The translations under genes and the position numbers were made by a program. Shown here one piece after another: positions 37,381 through 47,297 of a stretch of 64,000 nucleotides of DNA. Origin of the DNA: Thermodesulfobacteriota bacterium. GTDB taxonomy: Bacteria > Desulfobacterota > Desulfobacteria > Desulfobacterales > SURF-7. The notes under the pieces are model-generated. The model worked only from the letters and a program-made list of their open reading frames with translations. It made no database searches and was not told the DNA's origin. The stretch is taken from positions 256,001 to 320,000 of the forward strand of contig JBMORA010000009.1 of NCBI GenBank assembly GCA_049320885.1, given 5' to 3'. The stretch's first letter is position 1. Each line of letters starts with the position of its first letter.

Positions 37381-38525
37381 GGGTTTTTCATGACGGCCAG
37401 AATGTCGGCGGTCACCGCCTTCCAGGTGAGCCTGCGGTTGACGAAATCATGGAGCCGGGCGGCGATCCGTTCGCGCTCGGCGGGATGCCGATGAAGCCGG
37501 ATAATGGCCGCGGCAAGCGCTTCGTCGTCGCCGGGCGGCACCAGCCGGACCGCTTCCCGGATTTCCGGAGGATAGCCGTCCAGTGAGGTTCCGGCGGTGA
37601 CAACCGGCAGGTGGAAGATCCCGTAGACGCCCAACTTGGTGTGGATCGGTCCATGTTCCCGCAGGGCGTCCTTGGTAAGCGTCATGAAGCCGACGTCCAT
37701 GGCCGGCAGCACGCCGGGCAGGGCTTCTTGCGGCAGCCATCCGGTCATGGTGAGGCTCTCCCCAAGTCCCAGCGCCCGGGCTTGCTGCAGGAGACGGGGG
37801 GCTTCCGTGCCGCTGCCGACCACGATCAGTCGAAGTAGCGGAATATGCTCCCGGCAGCGCGCCATGGCCTTCAGCAGGGTGGAAAAGTCATAGCGTTCGG
37901 TCAATGTCCCCACGTAGCCCAGACAGAAGGAATCAAGGGGCAGCCCGAGCGATTCCCGCACGGACTCCCTGGCGGGGACGTCGCCGTTCCATGGTTCGGT
38001 CCCGTTCAGAATCATATGAATTTTGCCTGCCGGGATGCCGAAATCCCGGGCAATCAGCCGGCAACGCGGCACCGAGGGTACGATCAAGCCGGCGGCGGCA
38101 TTATAATCCAGTTGCAAATTGGCCTTGACGATCCTGCGGACGATGGCCGGATAACTGCCTTCGACGGGGCTGTCATCGATTTCCAGAAACAACGGCAGCC
38201 GAAACCAGCGCGAGCAAAGACGCGGCCCGATGAATACATCCATGTCCCGGGCATAGATCGCCTCGTAGCGGTTGCGCAGGCACAGGGCCATCAGCCATAG
38301 CGCGCTGTAGGGAATTTCCCGCAACAGATACCGTCTTTTGCCCCGGTACCGGCTGATATACCGGTATCGAACCCCGGGGAGCTCCGGGAGATCGGAAACC
38401 GGACGGGGAACCACGGCGTCAACCCGGCAGCCGTTGGCGGCGAAGCCGCGCAGAACCCCCAGGGTGTGGGTCTGGCAGGCGCTTGGCGTGTCTAAATCGG
38501 CATACGAAAAATACAGAATCTTCAT
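37377..38525 (-). CDS. glycosyltransferase family 4
   Basis: GYVGTL, VVGSG, MTGWLP, TKLGVY, VPPGDDEALA, LTW. Confidence 0.88.
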   Translation of the reverse strand: MKILYFSYADLDTPSACQTHTLGVLRGFAANGCRVDAVVPRPVSDLPELPGVRYRYISRYRGKRRYLLREIPYSALWLMALCLRNRYEAIYARDMDVFIGPRLCSRWFRLPLFLEIDDSPVEGSYPAIVRRIVKANLQLDYNAAAGLIVPSVPRCRLIARDFGIPAGKIHMILNGTEPWNGDVPARESVRESLGLPLDSFCLGYVGTLTERYDFSTLLKAMARCREHIPLLRLIVVGSGTEAPRLLQQARALGLGESLTMTGWLPQEALPGVLPAMDVGFMTLTKDALREHGPIHTKLGVYGIFHLPVVTAGTSLDGYPPEIREAVRLVPPGDDEALAAAIIRLHRHPAERERIAARLHDFVNRRLTWKAVTADILAVMKNP

Positions 38526-40020
38526 GGGCGGACACAGTCGTTTTCCTGCGGCTGGGAGTCCTGCAGGAGCGTCATGGCCTGAAACAGGCCGAACAGCACC
38601 CAGGTGATTTCCGAAAAGAATACATATTCGTACTCGAACTGATGATGAAGGCACCAGCCCAGCCAGCCACCGAAGAATCCGATGGTCACCCAGGAGCGAA
38701 ACGGGGCGCCCGGCGATCGGGCGGTCCGGAACAGGACGATGAACATCTGCGCCAATATGACGAGAAACAGTCCAAGACCGATCAACCCCTGCTCGGCGGC
38801 GATGAGCAAAAACTCGTTGTGCACCGGCCGGGGAAAGTCATAGCTGACCGCCATGGCGGTGGTGTCGTGCCGTTCGATGACGGCGGTGTAGTTGTTGAGC
38901 CCGACGCCCGTCAGGGGGAAATGGCGGATGATGTTGAGGGCCACGACGCTCATGGGGATTCGCAGGGCCGCGGTGCCGTAGTCGTCCTCGAACAAGCGGC
39001 GCTTGACGGATTGAACGCTGCCGATGACGACTATCAGGAAGATGCCCAGGAAAACAGTCATCAGCACCACAGAAAACAAGCGGTTCCGGCTGTTTTTCGC
39101 AAGGCACCAGTAAAGAACCACGGTTCCGCCCAGGGCCAGTCCCAGCCAGCCGCCCCGCGAATAGGTCAGCAGCATGGTCAATCCCATGAGGGCAAACGGA
39201 ATGCAGAGCGCGAGCTTGACCCTTCTGGAGAGACCAGCGAAAAAAAGCGCAAAATTCATCTGGAGCAGCAGATTCAGAAAAACCGCCAGCTTGTTGGGAT
39301 GTCCCAGGGTTCCCGCCACCCGGCTCACGGTTCCGGCGCCGGCCCGCATTTCAAAAAAGGAGCGCTCCGCCTCACCGAACATGGCCAATCCCAGTTTTCC
39401 GCCGGTGACATACTGGGCGAGTCCGATCAGGGATTGGAGCATGCCCACGACCAGCAGGAGGACCACCACCTGCCGGATGGAGCCGACCACATGGATATTG
39501 TTGGCAATGTAAATAAATACCAGCCAGTTCTTGAAAACCGTCCAGATCACCGAGGCCATGACAATATCCGGCATGGTTGTCCGGAGAACACCCGGAATGG
39601 CGATGATCCAGACCAGCAGGAAGGGAATGGAAATTCCCGGGAACAGACGGATCCGCAGGCGATGATCCAGAACCGCCCGGAGCATCCAGGACCCCATGGC
39701 CAGCAGGAAAAAGACATCAAAGGCGCTGACGCCGAAACCGTTGATGGGTCTTATCCAGACGCCTTCGGTATAGACGAAATGGAAATCGACGCGTATGGGC
39801 AAAAAAAAAGGGTACAGTAAAGGAAAAACCGTTCCCGGTCGGGGATAATGAGGGTGGCGGTAAAGACGAAGATACCGGTCATGGCGAAGATCAGCCATTT
39901 GACGGGCTGCCCGGAGGACAGGATCAGGGCCGCAGCCGCGCCGAACCCCACGAGAAGGGTCAGGAGGACGTCCATGCCGATGGTCCGGCCGCCTATGTGG
40001 ATGCGTGTCGGCTTATACAT
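38522..40020 (-). pseudogene. O-antigen ligase/Wzy polymerase family gene frameshifted at a T9 tract
   Basis: N-terminal ORF 39751-40020 joins ORF 38522-39898 at A9 39801-39809; RVAGTLGHPN, TYSRGGW, GVGLNNY, VHNEFL motifs. Confidence 0.85.
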
Positions 40021-40762
40021 ACCGGTAGAGCCATTTGGGAATGACGAATCGCCGTCGGTTCAGAAAGCCGCCCAGCAAGTGCGCTCCGTCGCTGCTCAGC
40101 AGGGATCGGGCCGCGCCCACCACCTCCGAGCGTGTCCGGTTTGCTTCAAACACGAGGATGACGCCGTCGGTTTTTGCGGCCATCATCCGTGTCAGGCTGG
40201 AACGCAGAACAGGCGCTGCATCCAGCAGGACGATATCGTATGTTTCCCGGACCGTCGACAGAAAGCGTGTGAAAGCCGTCATGTCGAACGGCAGCGAGGA
40301 CTGGGACGAGCGCCGGCCCACCGGCATCAGATCCAGCCCGGCAAGCTGCGAGCGGTGAACGGTTTCCGCAAGCGGATTCTGGCCCAGCACGCAATCCAGA
40401 AATCCGGGAGTCGCGGGGATTTTGAAAGCCGTATGCAGGGTGGGGCGGTCCAGGTGGGTATCCACCAGGAGGGTTTTTTCACCGGCCAGATCCCATGCCA
40501 GGGTCAGGCCGAGATTGAATGCGGTGGCGGAGGTCCCGACCCCCCTTTCGGTGCCGGTGAGCATGAAGACCCGGAAGGATCGTTCCGCCTGCAACGCCAG
40601 CAGTTTGTTTTTAAAACTCCTGAATTCCTCGGCCACGGAAAGATGACGATCCTGTTCCAGCATCCAGAGGGCCGGTCCGCCCGTCTGCGGCCGGCTCTTC
40701 TTCCCCAGGGTTCCGGGAAAGGTTGTCGGTACGGTTTTTACGTCGCGGTTGTCAGGGTTCAT
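40013..40762 (-). CDS. CpsD/CapB-like (Wzc cytoplasmic domain) protein with degenerate Walker A
   Basis: AEEFRSF, LLVDTHLDRP, YDIVLLDAAPVL, DGVILV, LGGFLN; Walker A reads GVGTS. Confidence 0.85.
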   Translation of the reverse strand: MNPDNRDVKTVPTTFPGTLGKKSRPQTGGPALWMLEQDRHLSVAEEFRSFKNKLLALQAERSFRVFMLTGTERGVGTSATAFNLGLTLAWDLAGEKTLLVDTHLDRPTLHTAFKIPATPGFLDCVLGQNPLAETVHRSQLAGLDLMPVGRRSSQSSLPFDMTAFTRFLSTVRETYDIVLLDAAPVLRSSLTRMMAAKTDGVILVFEANRTRSEVVGAARSLLSSDGAHLLGGFLNRRRFVIPKWLYRYV

Positions 40763-42206
40763 GCTTCTCTTCTTTTTCCTGGGGGATGTCTTCAATGGCT
40801 GCGAAAACCGGAATGTTGAACCAGCGCAGAATGTCCTCCGGCCGTTTGACCGTATGGTCGAGATAATAGGCGGCGAAGGCGCAGCCGATGCCGGCCAGCA
40901 GTCCCGCCAGAATAGACAGGCCGGCCATAAGCAACTTGCGGGGATATACCGGCGTTGAGGGGGCCACGGCGAAGTTGTTCACCGAGATGTTGGCGACGCG
41001 CGACAGATCGCGCTGGGCTTCGATACGGGCCTCTTCCGTCTTGTCGGTATACAGCAGATAGTTTTTCTTGTTCTGATCCACTTCCCGGAGGAGCTGGTTC
41101 AACTCGACTTCTTTCAGGGAAAGGGTTACGGAGTCGGCCGCTATCTGTTGAATTTCCGTTTCCAGCAGTTGTTTCTGGTTCAGCAGGGCCGTCAGCTCCA
41201 GCTGCATCCCGTCCAGCAGCTTTTTCTGTTCGTTACGGATCCGGTGGACGACTTTATCCACCTGGCGTTGGGCGTCCTGATATTCCACGGAGGTTTCCGG
41301 ATACAAGATGGCGATACGCTCCTTTTCCACCAGGATGGGCGTCAGGGCCTTTTCGAGATCCACCATGACTTCGTACATCCGGGCCTCCTCGGTGACCGCC
41401 TGCAATTCGCCGGTTTGTTGAATCGCTTTTTCCATGTTCCGGATTTTCACTTCCGTTGCGGCGATTTTGGCCGCCGTTTCGCTTTCATTTTCCTGCAAGG
41501 TCCGCAGATAGCGGACATTTTGTGTCCGCTGGGCCTCGATTTGAATGATGGCGCCGCTTTTCTGAAACTCCTTCAACTTGTTTTCGGCTTCCAGCAGCTT
41601 CATCCGGGCCGTCTCCGTCTGGCGGCTGTAAAAATCCACCCCACCGCCGGTCCGGTGAACTTCGATGTGGCGGTCGATGTAGCGGTCCAGGAACGTGTTG
41701 ACGATTTCGGTGATCCGGGCCGGGTCCTTGCCTTTCAGGCGCACTTCGATGATGTTGGACATGGTCACCGGCTCGATTTCGAGTTTCTCGCGCAGGTATA
41801 ACACCGCTGCTTCCGTGGGATGAACCTGCCCGGCGATTCCCAGCCGGATCATTGCTTTATGAAAAGCGGAGGGTTGATATTCCGCCTGCAGGTTCAGTTG
41901 CTCCACCACCAGCCGCAAGAGGGTGTCGGAGGTCATGATCTGGATTTCCGAGTTGATATCCTGCTGGGAAACCGGCAGAACCTCGAATCGTTCCAGGGTG
42001 TGGAGCTGCTGACGTGAATCCAGCAGCGGTTTCAGCAAAACGCTGCCTTTCACCTGATATTGGGGGGTGGCGAGAAAGGAATGGCCGACGACCAGCGCCA
42101 CGATGACGGCAAAGGTGCCGACCAGAACGCGCAGTTTTGAAAAGACGATGAATAGAACGTCTCGCAACGAAACGCGCAGGGGTTGCTGTACAGGAGTATC
42201 GATCAT
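40752..42206 (-). CDS. GumC/Wzz-like polysaccharide co-polymerase
   Basis: N- and C-terminal TM helices, INSEIQIMTS, long coiled coil, APSTPVYPRK, YLDHTVKRPED. Confidence 0.9.
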   Translation of the reverse strand: MIDTPVQQPLRVSLRDVLFIVFSKLRVLVGTFAVIVALVVGHSFLATPQYQVKGSVLLKPLLDSRQQLHTLERFEVLPVSQQDINSEIQIMTSDTLLRLVVEQLNLQAEYQPSAFHKAMIRLGIAGQVHPTEAAVLYLREKLEIEPVTMSNIIEVRLKGKDPARITEIVNTFLDRYIDRHIEVHRTGGGVDFYSRQTETARMKLLEAENKLKEFQKSGAIIQIEAQRTQNVRYLRTLQENESETAAKIAATEVKIRNMEKAIQQTGELQAVTEEARMYEVMVDLEKALTPILVEKERIAILYPETSVEYQDAQRQVDKVVHRIRNEQKKLLDGMQLELTALLNQKQLLETEIQQIAADSVTLSLKEVELNQLLREVDQNKKNYLLYTDKTEEARIEAQRDLSRVANISVNNFAVAPSTPVYPRKLLMAGLSILAGLLAGIGCAFAAYYLDHTVKRPEDILRWFNIPVFAAIEDIPQEKEEKHEP

Positions 42207-42217
42207 ATGCTTCCGCC

Positions 42218-43264
42218 TTATTGGGCCGCCTTGCCGCCAAGGGAGTAGACACCCGAAATGTTGAATTCCAACGGTATGATGCGCCACAGGGCGTCGGCCG
42301 TTAAGGCTGCGCTCGCGATGGCGGTTCTGGGAATATAGACCACATCGTATTGCTGGATAAGGGGATCCATGACGGTTTTCCGGTCGATGACTTCACCCAG
42401 GTAAACCATTTGGACATCCGGCTGCCCGTTTTTCTTGCGTCGAATGATGACGACCTGGTCGGTCTCGGCCTCCGGACCCAGGCCCCCGGCCATGGAAATC
42501 AGCTGGGTGAGGGTGATGGGGCCGGGCAGCTCATAAAAGTCCGGACGCTCCACCTGGCCCATGACGTATACCCGGTTGGAGCGGGCTCGCAGCATGACGA
42601 CGGAAAGCGTCAGGTTGTTGATGAGCTTCTGATAGCGTGATTCCAGCCTGTCCCGCAATTCCTGGGTGGTGAGGCCTATAACCCTGATATCGTCGATATA
42701 GGGCAGCGAAATGCGTCCGTCGGGCCTGACCACCGCCAGGCGGGACATGCCCCGTTCCTGGTTGTAGATGGTGCGTTTCAGATCTTCCACCTTGGCGTTG
42801 AACCCGATGACCTCCACCGTGATCACCGGTCGTGTCAGGATCGAGGTGTAGCGCTCACTGATTTCCAGCGCCAGGTCGGTGGGTTTTTTCCTTACGGCGC
42901 GGATGTCCCCGACGGGCGACAGGGTGATTTTTCCGTCCGGCCGGACCCTGACCGTCCGGCTCATCACCGGATAATAATAGAAATCGACCCGCAGCATGTC
43001 TTCGGTGTCGATCGTATACTCCGGCGCCAATGTCCCCGGGTCGATGTGATACAGCACTTCCAGTTCGTCGCCCATGCCGATCAGGTAGGAGGCCGTCACC
43101 ACGGGTTTCGCGCCTTCGGGTTCCGCGGCCAGCGGTTTTGCCGGTTCAGGAGCGGACTTGCATCCTGACAGGGCCAAGACCATGACCGCCAGAACGGTGA
43201 TGATCGGTTGTTGCCTTTTCTCCCTGCAGTAACAGGGACGGGGGTTCCCTTTTTGCAATGCCAT
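42218..43264 (-). CDS. wza: polysaccharide export outer-membrane lipoprotein
   Basis: Lipobox LSGC, two VRPDGxIxL poly_export motifs, VYVMGQVERP SLBB domain, DVVYIP. Confidence 0.9.
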   Translation of the reverse strand: MALQKGNPRPCYCREKRQQPIITVLAVMVLALSGCKSAPEPAKPLAAEPEGAKPVVTASYLIGMGDELEVLYHIDPGTLAPEYTIDTEDMLRVDFYYYPVMSRTVRVRPDGKITLSPVGDIRAVRKKPTDLALEISERYTSILTRPVITVEVIGFNAKVEDLKRTIYNQERGMSRLAVVRPDGRISLPYIDDIRVIGLTTQELRDRLESRYQKLINNLTLSVVMLRARSNRVYVMGQVERPDFYELPGPITLTQLISMAGGLGPEAETDQVVIIRRKKNGQPDVQMVYLGEVIDRKTVMDPLIQQYDVVYIPRTAIASAALTADALWRIIPLEFNISGVYSLGGKAAQ

Positions 43265-43283
43265 GCTTCGATTCCTGTTGATC

Positions 43284-44060
43284 CTATTGCGGAACTTCCC
43301 TGAGCTGAATTTCCACGCGCCGGTCATGTTCCCATGCGAAGCGTTTGCCCTGATGATCAATGGTATATAGTTTGCCGCGCCCCTCCACCCGCATCCGGCT
43401 TTCCTCCAGACCGAACCCTTTCAGCGCGTCGTACACCGCCTGGGCGCGCTGGAGGGACAGAACCTGGTTGTAGGGGACGTTATGACGTTCATCCGCAAAG
43501 CCGATGATTTCGAGGCTGAAACGGTTGTTCTTCATGAATGCGGCGAACTGCTCGAGTTCCTTCAGGTAGCGCTTTTTCACGTTGTAGCGGTCGGTATCGA
43601 AAAAAACCACCGGCGGCAGAATGTACTTTTCCGTGACGATGGTTTTTTCGATGATTTCGGGTTTGCCGCCGCCGGCATCGGTTCCCTTGCGACTTCCATC
43701 GTCGTAACCGTCCTCGTCCATTTGGTCTTCCAGGGAAGCCGGAGCGTCAAAATTCAGGACGATGATTTTTTCGGGGATGGGCGGCAATTCCACCGTCAGT
43801 TCCTGTTTTAATTCTGGATGGTTGACGGCTACCGCCGTAATGCGCAGCGGGGTTGTTCCCAGATAGGAAACCGGCAGATCCAGGGGGGTGCGGCCGGCTT
43901 CCCGGCCATTGACGGTGATGTCCGCATCAGCGGTGGCGGATTCAATCCGGATATGCCCGCTGACGCCCTCTTCCGAACGTTGCCAGTGGGAAGGATGGCA
44001 TCCGCAAAACATTGTCGCCCAAACGCCCAAGCCAATAACAAGAAACCAGTGTCTCTGCAT
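43284..44060 (-). CDS. PEGA plus OmpA-like domain lipoprotein
   Basis: IES..ADITVNGREAGRTP; FFDTD, GFADE..YNQVLSLQRAQAV, RRVEI. Confidence 0.85.
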   Translation of the reverse strand: MQRHWFLVIGLGVWATMFCGCHPSHWQRSEEGVSGHIRIESATADADITVNGREAGRTPLDLPVSYLGTTPLRITAVAVNHPELKQELTVELPPIPEKIIVLNFDAPASLEDQMDEDGYDDGSRKGTDAGGGKPEIIEKTIVTEKYILPPVVFFDTDRYNVKKRYLKELEQFAAFMKNNRFSLEIIGFADERHNVPYNQVLSLQRAQAVYDALKGFGLEESRMRVEGRGKLYTIDHQGKRFAWEHDRRVEIQLREVPQ

Positions 44061-44129
44061 GTCGCTTCCATTTCCGGTGGAACTGTCGAACAGTCCTGGA
44101 TCGAACCACCTGATATGGATGTTCTCCTA

Positions 44130-45623
44130 TCATGGTTCTTTTTTTTTCTCAAGCAGTTGTTGCATGAGCCGGCGGGCTTTTTCATCACCCGGATTCCGCT
44201 CGAGGGCCCTTTTGAAGAGATTCCCGGCTTTGTCATAGTCCTTCAACCGGAAGCACAACTCACCGAAGCTCAACAGGAAATCCGGATATCCGACCTGGCG
44301 GTTCAACAGCAAATCGCCGATCTCCAGGGCCGATCGGGATTTACCAGCGGTTTTCAAGGTGTTGAACAGCATGATCCGGGCGCGGGTATAGGTCGGGTTT
44401 AGCTGGAGGGCTTCCCGGAAGGCCGTTTCCGCTTCCGCCAATTTTCCGGCCCGGTAGTGAAGCGAACCGATGCCGAATTGAAAATCCGGATAGCGGGTAT
44501 ACAGATGAGCAGCGCACCGGACCGCCTCAATCACCTGATCCAGCAGCCCGGGCAGGTTTTCATCCTCGATGGGCTCCGTCAGCATCAGCATTTCCACGAC
44601 ATTGGGAGCCGCCGCCAGGTTTTGGCCATAGGTGCCGATGGTTTGATGGAGCAGTGCCTCGGCCGTTCCGTTGTCTCTGGTTTCCGATTCGCGAACCCTA
44701 CCGGTTTTGTCGAAATATTCCAGCAGCAGCCTCAGGGAGCGATCATCGGGATACACCCGGCTTCCTTCCCTCAGGAGCCGGATGCCCTCCGGATGTCTCC
44801 CGCTGGAAAACAAGAGCATCGCCAGCTTGATCCGGGCCGCGGAAAAACCGGGATTTGCGGACAGGGCTTTTTGAAACCATTCCAGGGCCGCGGTTTGATC
44901 CCCACTCGTCGACCCTGAATGGACAGACCCCAGGTGATGGTACAGGTCCACATAATCCGGAAATTTTTCAAGCAGCAGGGAGAATTGAGCCGCAGCCTTA
45001 TCCGGTGCTCCCGTGTTCGCATACGCCGTGCCCAGTTTGATCCTTGCCGGCCAATAATGCGGATTGATGGCGACGGCCTGCTCAAAAGATGGTATGGCCA
45101 GCATGGGTTTTCCCGTGCCCAGATACGTCAATCCCAGGGTATAATGCAGATCTGCGTGATGGGGATATTGCCGGAGTCGCCGCCGGCAGGCATCCTCGAC
45201 CCGGTCCCAGATCCCGAGCCGATGAAACGCCGCGATGATTTTTAGACCCGGCGGGTAGTTATAGGGATTTATTTCCGCAATGCGCCGGTACAGGTCCGGG
45301 CTGTTCTCCCGGGCGCCGATTTTTTCATGGCAATGTCCCATGTATTCGTAGACCCGGCTCCTTTCCGGATCGATCCGCAGGGCCTGTTCGAATTCACTTA
45401 GGGCGCCCAGATAATTGCCCATGGAGAACAGGATTCTTCCCAGATCGTAATGGGCCTGGGCGCAATAAAAGGATGCCAGACGATAGCTCAATCCGCCGCT
45501 AGTGGTGTCCGTGATGATCTTCTGAAACAGCGGGATCGCCTGCCGGTAATGCCCCTGATTGAACAGGCCGATGGCCCGGTCATACAATCTGCGGTTACCT
45601 TTTGACCATATACGTTTGATCAT
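44130..45623 (-). CDS. tetratricopeptide repeat protein
   Basis: Multiple A..LG....A...FE.A..INP repeats. Confidence 0.9.
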   Translation of the reverse strand: MIKRIWSKGNRRLYDRAIGLFNQGHYRQAIPLFQKIITDTTSGGLSYRLASFYCAQAHYDLGRILFSMGNYLGALSEFEQALRIDPERSRVYEYMGHCHEKIGARENSPDLYRRIAEINPYNYPPGLKIIAAFHRLGIWDRVEDACRRRLRQYPHHADLHYTLGLTYLGTGKPMLAIPSFEQAVAINPHYWPARIKLGTAYANTGAPDKAAAQFSLLLEKFPDYVDLYHHLGSVHSGSTSGDQTAALEWFQKALSANPGFSAARIKLAMLLFSSGRHPEGIRLLREGSRVYPDDRSLRLLLEYFDKTGRVRESETRDNGTAEALLHQTIGTYGQNLAAAPNVVEMLMLTEPIEDENLPGLLDQVIEAVRCAAHLYTRYPDFQFGIGSLHYRAGKLAEAETAFREALQLNPTYTRARIMLFNTLKTAGKSRSALEIGDLLLNRQVGYPDFLLSFGELCFRLKDYDKAGNLFKRALERNPGDEKARRLMQQLLEKKKEP

Positions 45624-45674
45624 CGCATTCCTTTTTCCGGACCGCCCGCGGGATGGATATCCGGAAAGCCCTTC

Positions 45675-47105
45675 CTATTTGGCGCCTTTCCCGGACAATA
45701 CCACGGGGATCGTGTAAAACAGGATTTTCAAATCCAGCAGCAGATTCCAATTTTGTGTGTAGTCGATATCCAGGCCCATCCATTCTTCAAATTTGACGAT
45801 ATTGCGCCCGCTGATCTGCCACAGACCGGTCATGCCGGGTTTGACGCTGAAGCGCAGACGATGCCGGTCATCATAAAAAAGTTCGAAATCCCGCACCGGC
45901 AGGGGGCGCGGTCCCACCAGGCTCATGGAGCCCAGGAGCACATTCAGGAGCTGGGGCAGTTCGTCCAGGCTGGTCCGGCGGAGCCAGTGTCCGCTTCGGA
46001 TCACGCGGGGGTCGTTGGTCATTTTAAAGGCGGCCCCGTCGCTGTATTCATTATGGATTTCCAGGCTTTCCATCATCTGGTCGGCGTTGCGGACCATGGT
46101 GCGGAATTTGAAAATCCGAAATCTACGCTTGTTCAATCCGATTCGCTCCTGGGTGTAAAAAACCGGGAAGCCGTCATCCCATGCAATCCAGATGGAGATG
46201 ATCAGAAAAACCGGCGCCAGCAGGATCAGGCCGACCAATGATCCGACAATGTCGATCCAGCGTTTGATGTCGTACTGCAGTTTGGTGGCGTATCCCCGGG
46301 TGGCGAAATAGAGCAACGGGTGGTCGGCGTCCGGCTGGACCATCTGCCGGACGTTTTTCTGCAAGGTGAAGATATTCGCGGCCAGTTGCACGTTGACGCC
46401 CTGGCGGGCGCAGAGTTCGATGATTTTTTGAATACGGTCGTAATGGCTTCGGATGGGCAGGGCAATGATGACGGTATCCGTGGGCTGATTGGAGATGTCA
46501 TAATTGAAATCCGAAAGGGTTCCCAGTTTCGCCTGGGCGCCGATGGTTTTTGCCTGTTCATATCCGGACGGATTCTCGACAAAATCGAAAAAAGCAACCC
46601 GGGTCTGGGGGTTCAGGAGCGACCGGTACATTTCCAGGGAACGGTCGTTGATGCCGACGATGGTCACCTGGCGGATCATCCGCTTGTCCAGCATGGATTG
46701 AAGACCGAAAACCAGGGAGCGGTACAGGAAGAACGCCGTTATCAGGATGCACCAGGAGACCCATGCCGGCAGAAGCCGAAACGGGATAATGTCAAAAAAA
46801 TGCAATCCGACAATCTGAACGACTGCGCCTGCCGTCACCGCCAGGGGCAGTTTTCTGGTCCATTGAGGCCGTTCCGGAAGCATGTCCCGGGGATACAGCT
46901 CCAGACAGTTGAAAATCGTTATCCAGAAAAGGGCAAGCGCCGTCATGACCAGGAACTGTCCAATGGTTGCCTGCCGTACCAGCAATCCGGCAGGCTCCGG
47001 AATCCCGCTGGTTGAAAAATAGCTCTCGACACCGAAGAAAACATAAAAAATCAGTGTGATATCAACAAGCTGTAATAAAATTTGAACTGGGGCTCGATTT
47101 TTCAA
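45675..47105 (-). CDS. initiating polyprenyl-phosphate glycosylphosphotransferase (WcaJ/WbaP-like)
   Basis: KRWIDI, FKFRTM, DPRV..G.WLRRTSLDELPQLLNVL.GSMSLVGPRP, KPGMTGLWQ. Confidence 0.93.
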   Translation of the reverse strand: MKNRAPVQILLQLVDITLIFYVFFGVESYFSTSGIPEPAGLLVRQATIGQFLVMTALALFWITIFNCLELYPRDMLPERPQWTRKLPLAVTAGAVVQIVGLHFFDIIPFRLLPAWVSWCILITAFFLYRSLVFGLQSMLDKRMIRQVTIVGINDRSLEMYRSLLNPQTRVAFFDFVENPSGYEQAKTIGAQAKLGTLSDFNYDISNQPTDTVIIALPIRSHYDRIQKIIELCARQGVNVQLAANIFTLQKNVRQMVQPDADHPLLYFATRGYATKLQYDIKRWIDIVGSLVGLILLAPVFLIISIWIAWDDGFPVFYTQERIGLNKRRFRIFKFRTMVRNADQMMESLEIHNEYSDGAAFKMTNDPRVIRSGHWLRRTSLDELPQLLNVLLGSMSLVGPRPLPVRDFELFYDDRHRLRFSVKPGMTGLWQISGRNIVKFEEWMGLDIDYTQNWNLLLDLKILFYTIPVVLSGKGAK

Positions 47106-47297
47106 GATGATTTGGCATGTTTGATGATAAACTCACCCAAACGGTCCGAAAAACTTCCGCAGGATTTTATATTCATAACAGATCCAAACGGTTTGGTCAA
47201 TTTATGATTTGCGGAATAATCCAAGTTGACGGAAGTGGGTCGCATGTCGTATGAAATTTATTTTATTTGTGAAACGAGATGAAAGAACTGTGGATCC

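Noticed and set aside
28252..47105. PEP-CTERM/exosortase system
   Set aside because: No exosortase or PEP-CTERM tail recognised in the window
47112..47128. Sigma54 promoter at TTGGCATG
   Set aside because: No TTGC at the -12 spacing
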